Assembly (NCBI RefSeq): GCF_006345805.1
Contig: NC_043007.1
Span: forward strand, 60,698,001-60,762,000
Origin: Octopus sinensis
Lineage: Eukaryota
DNA length: 64,000 nt
Direction: 5' to 3'
The notes beneath the pieces were generated by a model. It did no database searches. It was not told the origin of the DNA and was given only the letters and a program-made list of their open reading frames with translations. The position numbers and the translations under genes were made by a program. This document shows, piece after piece, positions 13,266 through 27,026 of this stretch (positions within the stretch are counted from its first letter, which is position 1; each line of letters starts with the position of its first letter).

Positions 13266-15361
13266 AATATTACATATATATGATTGGTTTTCCCCCAGAT
13301 TGGTGAACGCAATATTTAGTAAGCTAACTCTTATGCAAATGATGAGCGTCCGCTTTCCATGCTAGCATGAGTTGGACGATTTGACTGAGGACTGGCGAAC
13401 CAGATGGCTGCACCAGGCTCCAATCTGATCTGGCAGAGTTTCTACAGCTGGATGCCCTTCCTAACACCAACCACTCTGAGAGTGTAGTGGGTGCTTTTAT
13501 GTGCCACCAGCACGAGGGCCAGTCAGGTGGTACTGCCAACGGCCATGCTACAAATGGTATTTTTTACATGTCACCTGCACAGAAGCCAGTCCAGCGGCAC
13601 TGGCAATGACCTCACTCGAATGTTTTTTCACGTGCCACCGGCACAAGTGCCAGTAAGGCGACGCTGGAAATGATGATGCTCGATGGTCCTTCTATATTTA
13701 ATCTAATTTTGTATGCTTTTAGATAAGTTTACTTCTTAAGCACATAGTTTCAGGTTTGATCCCACAGTATGCCAACTTGGCTAAATATTGCTATTCTAGC
13801 TCAGGGTTGATCAATGCCCTGTGAGGAAATTTAGGTGACAGAAACTGCAGGAAGCCTGTTATACATACACACATATATAACTAGGGGTGTGATTGGTGAG
13901 AGCTGTACAAACCATGTACAGGGATGCTGTCAGTAAGGTGAGGTTTGGTAACAAGTACAGTGAAGAATTCCAAGTAGAAGGATGGGTTCACCAAGGATCA
14001 GTCCTCGACCTCCTCTTATTCATCATAGTATTCCAGGCAATAACAGAAGAATTCAAGACAGGATGCCCCTGGGAGCTCCTCTATACTGATGACCTTGCTC
14101 TAATAGCTGAGTCACTACCAGAACTAAAGAAGTTTCAGATGTGGAAGCAACATCTAGAATCGAAGGGCTTTAGAGTCAATGTTGCAAAAACCAAAGTCTT
14201 AATAAGTAGGAAAGCAGACAAATCACAAACCCCATCAGGTAGATGGCTCTGCTCAATCTGTAGAAAAGGTGTAGGTAGAAACTATATAATATGCACCTAG
14301 TGTAAGCTATGGACACATAAGAGGCGCAGCAATATCAAAGTAAGTTTAACTGGGAAGATAGTTTTTGTGTGTGGCAGATGTACAGGTGCAATAAACATCA
14401 AAGATGTATAGAAAACAGATTCTATCACATGCCAGGGGAAAAACTAGAAGTAGTTCATAGCTTCCATTACCTAGGTGACCAAGTCGGTAGCGGGGGTGGA
14501 TGCTCTGAGAATGTAGCTGTTAGAATAAGAATAGCCTGGTCAAAGTTCAGATAGCTCCTACCTCTGCTGGTAACAAAGGCCTCTCACTCAGAGTGAAAGG
14601 TAGACTGTATGATGCATGTGTGCAAACAGCCATGCTAAGCAGTAGTGAAACATGGACTGTAACTGCTGAGGATATGCATAGGCTTGAAAAAAATGAAGCT
14701 GGATGTGTAATGCCAGTGTGCATACACTACAGCGTGTACACGCCCTGAGAGAAAAGTTAGACATAAGAAGCATCAGATTTGGTGCGCAAGAGAGACGACT
14801 GTGCTGGTATTGTGCACAAGAGAGACGACTGTGCTGGTATTGTCATATATTGTGTATGGATGAGGACAGCTGTGAAGAAGTGTTGTGACACCGGAGGGAA
14901 CCTGTGGAAGAGGTAGACCCAGTAAGACATGAGATGAGGTGATAAAGCACCTTTGGAGATATGCTGTGCGTGAAAAGACTTGGCAAACCAAGTGAGATTG
15001 TAGCCGTGGCCAGTGTCGCATAACCGGCCTGTTTAAAAGTACCCTTCAATGGTCGGGCAATATGCTGTGCTTGAGAAGACCTGTTGAGTCAAGTGCCACC
15101 TGACTGGCACCCATGCCGGTGGCATGTAAAAGCACTATTTGAGCGTGGCTGATGCCAGTGCCAGTGGCACATAAAAAGCATCCACTATTCCTAACGCCAA
15201 CCTCTTGGAGTGGTGGGCGCTGAGAAGAGCATCCAGCTGTAGAAACCTTGCCAGATCAGATTGGAGACTGGTGCAGCCTCCTGACTTGCCAGTTCTCAGT
15301 CAAACCGACCAACCCATGCCAGCATGGAAAGCGGACGTTAAACGATATGTATGTATGTATG

Positions 15362-15438
<77 letters not shown>

Positions 15439-16253
15439 CTCGTTGACCTTATGACTGGTCTCTACGCTTTCATAGACCTATTGGGAAAATAATCACGAAG
15501 AGCAACCAGCCGTAAAATTCTGCCTCAAATAAACCCCATGTCCATTCAAACCCATGTTAGCATTAAAATAAAATATGACCAGTAGGGCTAAGGGAGAAGT
15601 AGTTGATAGAGTTACCTCCCTTGTTGGGTCTCTCCCCCGCCCCACCTTTTTTCCTTTTTAAACACTCGTAGAGGAAACATTTCTCTTCTAAAATGCATCT
15701 TTTATTTGTTCCAGTCATTAGATTGTGGCCATGCTGGGGCACCGCCTTGGTGAATTTTTAGTTAAATGAATCGACTCCAGTATCTCGGTAAATAGAAGTT
15801 TTTCAACTCTGAATATTACATATATATGATTGGTTTTCCCCCAGATTGGTGAACGCAATATTTAGTAAGCTAACTCTTATGCAAATGATGAGCGTCCGCT
15901 TTCCATGCTAGCATGAGTTGGACGATTTGACTGAGGACTGGCGAACCAGATGGCTGCACCAGGCTCCAATCTGATCTGGCAGAGTTTCTACAGCTGGATG
16001 CCCTTCCTAACACCAACCACTCTGAGAGTGTAGTGGGTGCTTTTACGTGCCACCAGCACGAGGGCCAGTCAGGTAGTACTGGCAACGGCCAGGCTCAAAT
16101 GGTATTTTTTACATGTCACCTGCACAGGAGCCAGTCCAGCGGCACTGGCAATGACCTCACTCGAATGTTTTTTCACGTGCCAGTAAGGCGACGCTGGTAA
16201 CGATGATGCTCGATGGTCCTTCCATATTTAATCTAATTTTGTATGCTTTTAGA
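13266..16253 (+). repeat. Direct duplication 13266-13723 / 15812-16253
   Basis: Both copies run from aatattacatatatatgattggttttccccc to gtatgcttttaga. They differ by a 15-nt indel, a 1-nt indel and scattered substitutions. Confidence 0.92.
13888..15345 (+). mobile_element. Degenerate RTE LINE fragment (RT C-terminal half + 3'UTR)
   Basis: VHQGSVL..LLFII..., LYTDD, the PHD-like segment, several stops and frameshifts, and the same 3' end as the 9360 copy. Confidence 0.9.
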
Positions 16254-16451
16254 ACGGTCAACAGAAAATATAAAAGAAACGTATAATATCTTGTTTCACA
16301 TATAATTGCCACCATGTGAAATTGGTATAGTGATTCACCAACTTTATTTTCATTTCACATTTTTTCTATGTACACATTACTGTAACTTTACATTTGTACT
16401 TTGAACTTAGGAAGCATGGTTCATGTTTTAATACTGTTAAAGAGAAAACTA

Positions 16452-16652
<201 letters not shown>

Positions 16653-16679
16653 TCAGTTGAATCAGAAAATTTTAGTTAA

Positions 16680-17330
16680 CACACTAACATATATAATAAT
16701 AAGACCAGATTTAATGATTATAGATAAGGAAAAGCAAAGATGCTTACTTATTAACCCATCATACCTATTTGATTCCAGGATCGTAAAGAAAGAGGAAGAA
16801 AAACAAACAAAAAAATTCCTTAAAATTTGAAATAGGAAGAATTTGGAGCATGCAAGCATGCAAACAGTAAAGGTTGCACCTGTAATAATTGGTGCATTGG
16901 GAACAGTAAGCAAAGATATAGACAAATGGCTGAAGGAGATTGAAATAGAATGCTCAGTGGCGCTCCTACAGAAAGCTTGTTTCTTAGAGACAGCAAGGAT
17001 TATCAGGAGGGTTCTTAGACTGTTGAAAACTTGTGGATACCTAAGGTTACAGGTAGTATCCCACATAAATTCTACCAAGAATAAGACCAAAGTGAGCCAA
17101 ACCAAAATAATAATGATGATGATAATAACAATATAAAGGAAATCGGAATAGAGTGCCCAGTAGAACTGTTACAAAAAGTTTGCCTCCTTGGCATGGCCAG
17201 AATGATCAGGAAAGTATTAAATAGTTGAAAAGAACAGAGAGCATGGTACCACAGGCTACAGATAGCAAGCCCACTACACATGCAAGACTCCAGGAGCTAC
17301 AACAAAACCTAAGATAAAACAAATGAAGAT
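16680..17330 (+). mobile_element. Older RLE-LINE 3' fragments (related copy at ~61100-61530)
   Basis: NNRPDLMIIDKEK.RCLLI...VIIGALGTV...LLQKACFLETARIIRRVL. The 61110-61530 segment is colinear. Confidence 0.75.
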
Positions 17331-18909
17331 GATGATGATAAAAATAATAATGGTCTCAAATTTTGGTACAAGGCCAGCAATTTTGGGGAAAGGTTAAGTT
17401 GATTACATTGACCCCAGTGCTCAACTGGTACTTGGGATCAATATAATAATAATGGGTTTATTATATAGAGCTCAGGTGCACTATAACTCATCAGAGAAGG
17501 GTAAAAGAGAGGACAGAGGGTAGCAATAAGTAAAGAAAGACTGCAATAAAAGCTAAAATTGCATGCAATAGTACACAGAATTATACACAAAAGACAAAAG
17601 TGTACAGTAAAAGAATCACAAACAGAAAAAAGGTGCATAGACACATCAGGAATAATTTTGATGAATTTCAAGAACCATAATATTTTTGAAGGATGCAGTG
17701 TCCTGACAGAAAACAACTAACATAGGTAGTTTATTCCATGCTTTAACAATACAAGGCATTAAAAAATATTTCTGAAAGTTATGTGCTAAGCTGGGATTTT
17801 TTAAAATATTTTATAAATGTGTCGATAAGAGGTAGAGATATTGAATTAAAAATGATGACCAAAGTTGCTGTTGGAAAGATGGCAGATAATCTCAAAGGCT
17901 TCTAATGATTCAGCAGCTGCTGCTAAATGTCAAAGCCTTTGTGTGTTGATATCCAGACACACCCAGAGAAGCAACACATTTAGGATATGGTAAGCAAAGA
18001 TGGAAGATATTCATCTAGCTGTATGCCTCTAGACAGCTTTCACTAGATGGATATCCTAGGAAGTGAGGGATTTCAGACTGGAGATGCAAACTGTAAGTGT
18101 AGATGAACAATAGTCATATATAATAGATAGCTGATGTAAAGCAATACTATAAGCTGTAGTAATCCCGCAAGGATCTGTTAGCATGTTATGGGGTAATGAA
18201 TTTGATTGAAAATTGATTACAGATTTAATTACTTAAAGATCAGTGAAGGATGTAATAATTCAAAGTTATGCAAAAAACATGAAGAATTTTTTTCCAGCAT
18301 GCATCTGAACCTGACAGTCCACTTGATAGTCCATCACTTCTAACTTTATACCTCTCTGCTTGTATATTAAGAGAGTTAAGGTAATTATTCCTACCTCCTT
18401 TTAACAACAAATTAACTTGAATGGTATCCAATCTGAAGATTATGTGTTCATATATTTAGAAATATGCAGCAATTCTATCAAGATACCATGGCCATTACTT
18501 GCAATAATGAGAAACCTAATAGTTTTTAACATATATGTGCAACCAAGTCACCAACAATCTTAGCTCCACAGAATTTACTAAAACAGATCAGATTAGTGCC
18601 ATATGTCTACAAAGCTCAACTTAATGAATTAATGGGAGACATTAATGAAAGACATTTTGTGTGTAACTGTGGCACATGCACATGTCAAAGAATTTCAGAA
18701 AACAGGTCTTATTATATATATATATATATTCCAAGAAAGTTAGAGGTTGTGAATCCAACCAACTAAGGGATAATATCTATCATATCTATCCAATATACTG
18801 CTGGTAGAATACCCAATTATTAATACACAAGTGTTTTTATTGCATTGAAATTACATTACAGAGTGTACTAAATGGGTGGGGGTAAAGAGATATTTTACCA
18901 TTAATTTAT

Positions 18910-19070
18910 AGAGCAATAAGGGGGGATCAATAGGTGGTTCATCAACTTTTATGTTGTACATGTATGCATATTCTTGTAATTGTCATTTTAGTAAATAAAT
19001 AAATAAATTGACATAATACAATGCCTAAAAGTTGATGAACCACCTATTGATCCCCTCCATTTTCTTATTG

Positions 19071-19074
<4 letters not shown>
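18910..19074. mobile_element. Tc1/mariner-type MITE
   Basis: Inverted arms agagcaataag..ggggatcaataggtggttcatcaactttta / taaaagttgatgaaccacctattgatcccc..cttattgctct, with TA context on the left. Confidence 0.75.
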
Positions 19075-19109
<35 letters not shown>

Positions 19110-20079
19110 CATATATATATAGTGCACATATTTGAAAGTACTACAACTCCATGAAAACTGTGTTGAGGCATCTTTAATCACTGGTTCACACAGAGGTGAC
19201 AGTATGCTCATTCCTAGAATCTCACTGAATCCTAGTGATACCAACACTCATCACATTATAAAGGATTCAATTTGACAAAATCAAAATATTCCTGAAGCAA
19301 CCAGCGCTTACACAAGTATCTCAATAATGTCAATGTTCATACATTTAACAGAAATGACAATCAAGACATGGAACAAAGAGTGACTTGAACAAAAAATGTC
19401 ATTTATTTTGAGGTTCTTCATATATTTGTTGCTTTATATATAAATATATATATCCATATGCCCCAAAACAACAAATGTTTGAAGACCTTGTGTGTGTACA
19501 TATATTCTCTTACTTGTTTCAATCATTTAACTCCGGTCATGCTAAAGCATCACCTTGAAGGGTTTTAGTCAAACAAATCGACACCAGAACTTATTTCTTA
19601 AGTCTAGTACTTATTCTACTGGTCTCTTTTGCAGAACAGCTAAGTTATGGTGATGTAAACACACCAACACTGGTTGTCAAGCAGTGATGCAGGGGACAAA
19701 CACATACACACACACATATATATACATATACGACAGGCTTCTTTCAGTTTCCGTCCACCAAATCCACTCACAAGGCTTTGGTTGACCCGAGGCTATAATA
19801 GAAGACACTCGTCCGAGTTACCACGCAGTGGAACTAAACCTGGAACCATGTGGTTTATTTTGTATAATGATCGTTTCGACCCATCTGCGTAAAAAAGAAA
19901 GACCAATACCAAATCCATCTTCTGTTTACTTAATTATTATTATCTCAACTAACACTTCGGAATTCCTGAAGTAGATCCAACTGAAATATACCTCAATTGA
20001 GGATGACACCAGGTAGCCCAAACCATACCAGTGCTTTACTCAACACACCAACACACTACTCGACATATACCCATTAGTC

Positions 20080-20133
<54 letters not shown>

Positions 20134-20448
20134 TGGACTCTCCTGTCGTTAGACAATGTATGAGGGTTCGGCAATTTCTTGCTGAACAACCACACAGATG
20201 ATTTGTTTATAGTGATCAAATTTTTGTGTTCAAATAAGCTCACTCCATCCATCATATCGACGTTACCTGTACAGGTGCACCATGTGCCACATGTCAAATG
20301 ATGAAATGATCTCAAAGCAACGAGAAATGAAGTTCTTTGCTCAAGAACACAACGCAACGCCAGGTCTGGGAATCGAAACTACGATCTCGCAATCGTGAGT
20401 GCAACATCCCAACCACTAAGCCATGCGCATCCATATATTTACATAGCT

Positions 20449-20595
20449 CAAAGGTTCCTAACCTTTTCACTACCAAGGACCTCTTTTATTTAAATGAATT
20501 TTCCCACGGACCCCAGGAAATTGAAAGGTTTGTCAGCTTAACTTGTTCACGGACCCCCAGTACTAGCTTTACGGACCACAGGTTGGGAACCACTG
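20449..20595. mobile_element. hAT/Charlie-type MITE
   Basis: TIRs caaaggttcctaacct / aggttgggaaccactg; 8-bp TSD acatagct / atatagct. Confidence 0.78.
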
Positions 20596-20999
20596 ATATA
20601 GCTAGACGCATCACACGAATCCAAAGAAACTTTTTAAAACAAAATAGAGGGGGTGGAGGGCATTTTCGGCAAATATAGATTCGTATACATAAGGCAACCA
20701 CTTCCGTGTGAGTGCTGTCCTGGAATAATGTAATCGTCTGGAATGCAAACCAGCTGCATTTGTCCTTGGGACAGTTAGGTGGGTTGACCCTATATACGGC
20801 GCGAGCACTGCCAAAAAGGGCATAGAAGACCAAAGTAATAATTGCGATGGGACGGGAGAAATTCAATAGGTAACCAATATAGAGAAAGGATGTAACAAAG
20901 AAGTGACACTATGGATAAAAAATGAGAAAATTATCTTCAAATTAGGAGAAACGGCGAAAAAGAAAAATAACATTAATGTAAAAGGGAGAGCAGTTTGTC

Positions 21000-22740
<1,741 letters not shown>

Positions 22741-24429
22741 TGCTGTGCTTGAGAATACATATCAAGCTAAGAAAAATTGTGGTTGTCAATGTTTACAGGC
22801 AAGTTCCCTATATCCTTCTACAGCTGAGCGATTCTAATCTTGCAGACTCATGGGTACTGATGCTATGTAAAAAGTATCCATGTTGGTGCAATGTAGAAGC
22901 ACCCATGCCAATGCTGCATAAAGGCATCCAGTATACTCTGTTAAGTGGATGGCATTAGGAAGGATATCCAGCCATAGAAACCATACTAAAACAGCCTGGG
23001 CATCTCTTCAGCTGACCAGCTCCTGTGAAACTGTTCATCCCATGCCAGCATGGAAAATGGACATTAAATGATGATGATGACGAATTATATCTATTTCGAT
23101 AATGACACTACAAAGGTTACTTGCCAAAGGCTGTTATGCCAAATGCCAGTAGCTAGTGTGTGAGAATGTGTGTTTGGCAAGAGGAGAAAATGTAAATCTT
23201 CATGTTGGGCAAGGCGGTCTTTTAACATGAGCTCAAGGTAGCATAACTACCTGTTGACCAATAATACCTCTGGTTTGTACTTCATGTGCATGTCAATTTA
23301 TTACAATCATTCAGCGTGAAAGTGCATGGAATTTTCCATTGCTCTTAATGTTCCCACAAATGTACCAGGACACCAACTGGCTAAAATGTAAGTTAACATC
23401 ACCTGATATGTTGTAGTCTTTGCCTGTTACAGGGCTGACATTGTTTCAAATGCTAAGCACTGCAACACATCTGTTTATGGGCGATAAAATAAAGTGCCAG
23501 TCAAGTACTGGATTCAATAAACAGTAATCCCTTTAATATCTCAGATGTTATGTTCCAAAAACACCCGCAATTGGTGAAAATCTACAAAGTAGAAACAGTA
23601 CTGTATTTTTTTAGAATTATTTTTATAATTTGTACATGCTTATTTTATTATAAATGCAAAACAACACCATGGAGGAATTGACGTAAGCTTAAATAATAAA
23701 CTGCAATAGGTGAACCATGATATGGTGAGGGATTACTGTAATGACTGTTCCTTCCCCACTTCAGAAGTTGTGACTTAGTGCTCTGTAAGAAAGCAGTCAA
23801 TTTCATTCAATTTAATGTTACATTTTCAATGAGATAAGTGAATTTGGTTCTCTCTAACAAGTAACTCAATTCTAGGTACAGTTTTAAGAGGGGCACTCCT
23901 GTATAAAATTCTCATTTGAGAATCATGCACAAAATCTATGTTGAGTTATAATCTTTGTTAACAAACTTGCTGAAAATTTAGTTCTCCATTAAATTCCAGT
24001 GTTTTCAAAAACCTTACATATCCCTGCATGCATGCATGTATGTTTGTACGTATGTATCTATATATGTATGTATGTTAAGTTATATTAAGTTATATCTCCA
24101 TCTGGAGAAATTAAGTTATATTTCCAAACTTTTCCATTTTTTACTACAACAATCTACTTACCATCACCTTCAGTTCAAATGATTTCACCTTCACTCTTAC
24201 CTAATATTTGCATATCATAAGTGTTGTTCACATGCAACTTAAGACACCTCATGAAAAACCTGCAATGCTTCCATGAACAAAAACTATGCAAACATTCTCC
24301 AATGGAGCAGCCAATCCATCTTGTTACTTTCAACAGCATAAAGTACACAACAAAGAAACTGGCTTGAATCTTACCACATCTACTCAGTGACATTATGGAC
24401 AATCAAAGTTATTACAACTACAAGGTTTC

Positions 24430-24860
24430 ACACTCACTAGTGATCAACTCTGGTGGTTCCACATCCACAACGCAGCAAAAATTACATCCTAAAGACTGGC
24501 CTTCCTCTTTAGGGTCAGAAAATACATTAACTTCCAACAGTTTTTAACTTTCTTATAAATTCAAATGAGACCCACAATAGAAAACTGCTCTCATATCTAG
24601 GATTATACTGCTATACTTTTGGACATCCTACACCACATTGTTAAAAAGGCTGCCAGACAGATTTCTAAAGAGTTGCTTGGCAACGCATGCCAACCTCTAG
24701 CCCAAATGTGATATTGCATCACTCTGCTTTTTCTACTGACACTTCACTGACCTCAGCATTGCAGAGTTGGATGGTATTGTGTCACTTACACCAGGTGCAC
24801 ACATTGTTCATAATCTAACTCCTCACAGCTCCAATCCTGTACACTAACCAGTATACAGAA
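24430..24860 (+). mobile_element. Old CR1/Jockey-group LINE RT C-terminal fragment
   Basis: Frameshifted FLFRVRKY...FLT.YK.QMRPTIENCSHI*, resembling LLTLYKxQIRPxxEYCSHIW. Confidence 0.55.
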
Positions 24861-25603
24861 TCCTTCTTTATAGCTAGTGTCTTGTCTATTAAAAGTGAAA
24901 AACTATCTTCAGATAGGTAGAAAGAAACCATTAAACTCATTGATGATCAAGAAAAGAAAAAGAGAAATCTTGTGTTGAAATCGAAAGTTCTGGAGCTTCT
25001 TCTGTGGAATATATGGAGTCAATCAAAACTGTATCTAAACCAACATTACAGGAATCCAGTTTAGCTTCTGTCCCTTTGAAAACTGCTGCTGATGATGATG
25101 ATAGTGGTGATGACAAGGAGGAGGAGGATGTGAGCATTAGTTCATTAAAATCCAGAAACACACACACATACACACACAAGCTTCTTTCAGTTTCCATCTC
25201 CCAAATCCACTCATTTTGGACATTCTGGGGTTATAGAAGACACTCAAGGTGCTACACAGCAGGACTGAACCTGAAATCATGTGGTTGAGAAGCAACTTCT
25301 TAACCACACAGCCATGCCTTGATAGTGACAAATTTATACAATATAAATACTGTATAAATGAATGGTGGTTGGGCAATTCAGTAGAGCATCAGATAAAATA
25401 TTTTGTACCATTGGATTAAATTTTGAATTAAGAAATCACGGCCAGGTCAACTCTGCTTTTCACTCTTCCAGGGTTAAGTATGCAGTGGATTTGATGGGGT
25501 GGGGTGGGTGGGAGAGTGAGTTAATGTACAGCTCATACATTTCATCACTATAAACAAATCATAGTCAATTTGATGCAATTGACCATGCAAATATATATAT
25601 ATA

Positions 25604-26860
25604 TAGGGTCATCCCATAAATAATGCGGTTTTTTTTCAGTTGCATGAACTAAAAGTCAGAGGGGGATAGGATAAACTACCTGCATCAACTTACTATAAAA
25701 GCAGGTAGTAATTTTACCTTGTCTTTATTCTTAGTGAAAGTTTTGAAGAGTGCAGTTCGATTTTAACAGTTATTTTTTCAAAGCTGGCAAAGGAGCATAT
25801 TCACCACATTTTGCTTTATGAGTTCAATAAAGGCAACAATGTGATGGAAAGTGTGAGGAATATTAATGCAGTATACGGGGATCAAACAATAAGCATAAGC
25901 CAGTGTCAAGGATGGTTCCTGAAATTCTGAGCTGGAAATTACAGCCTAGAAGATGAGCCTTGTTCTGGAAGATCTGTAGAGCTCAATGAGGACATCCTGC
26001 AATACCCTGGTGGACCAAATCCCATCGTAACTGTTGAGGAACTAGCAGAGAAGCTTGGATTTGGTCATTCAACCTGTGTACCATTGGAAAAGTCAGCGAA
26101 TTGGGTCAATGGGTTCCTTACAAACGTTCTGAGTCTAATTACGTGTACAGAGTGAATGTATGCTTTCTTTGCTGTCATGTCTCATGTATGGACCTTTTTT
26201 GGACTGAACAGTGACTAGTGATGAAATATGGGTTCTCTATGAAAATGTCAAGTGCCGAAGACAGTAGGTAGGGAAAGGAGAAACACCAGCACCCCAAGCT
26301 AAAGAAGGTCTTCACCCATGTAAGGTGTTGATATCTGTTTGGTGGGATATGAAAGGTTTATTCCACTTTGAACTTTTAAACCCAAACCAAATGATAACAA
26401 AGGAAATCTACTGTGAGCAGCCTGAATGGCTCTAGTCAGTACTAGAAGGAAAACGACCATCTTTGGTTTGAAGACAAACGGTGTTCTTCCATCAGGATAA
26501 TGCTTGGCCACATACAGCTAGGATGACATTCGAAAGGCTGGATCATTCTGAATGGGAAATAATGCCCCACCCACCATATTTGCCACACACTACCCCATCT
26601 GATTATCATTTATTCCACAGTCTTCAAAATCATTTGTACAGAAAAAGCAGGAATTCTGTATATGAGGTCAGAACAGTACTAGAGGAGTATTTTTCATAAC
26701 GGGCAAGTGAATTTTGGAAGAGGGAGCTTGCAAGTTAACCAGATAGATGAAAGAGCATTATAGAAAGAGAAGGAGAGTATATTTTAGATGACAAGAGAAC
26801 CTTATCTTAATTTTGAAAAATAAAAGAAGTATAAAAAAACTGCATTATTTATAGGATGAT

Positions 26861-26864
<4 letters not shown>
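25604..26864 (+). mobile_element. Mariner transposon, defective, inserted in (TA)n
   Basis: TIRs gggtcatcccataaataatgcggtttttt / aaaaaactgcattatttataggatgatcc. Transposase remnants HILLYEFNKG, HQDNAWPH, HPPY..TPSDYHLFHSLQN. Confidence 0.92.
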
Positions 26865-26896
<32 letters not shown>

Positions 26897-26987
26897 TACA
26901 TACAGACAGACACACACACACAAATACATACAAACATATGTGTGTTTTTATATATATATATATGTATGTATGTATATCATCAACATA

Positions 26988-27026
<39 letters not shown>

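Noticed and set aside
13266-16253. LTR retroelement interpretation of the direct repeats
   Set aside because: There are no TG...CA ends, PBS/PPT or gag/pol. The interior is decayed RTE and SINE sequence.
20486-20866. ORF resembling a secreted peptide (MNFSRPIAIITLVFYALFGSARA...)
   Set aside because: The start is TTG, with no in-frame ATG before an upstream TAG. The hydrophobic stretch comes from a T-rich tract and the ORF runs into a hAT MITE.
24913-25135. Acidic ORF (…KTAADDDDSGDDKEEED) with an acceptor-like cttcag
   Set aside because: No single open frame runs from the acceptor and there is no recognisable homology. It is probably decayed or low-complexity sequence.
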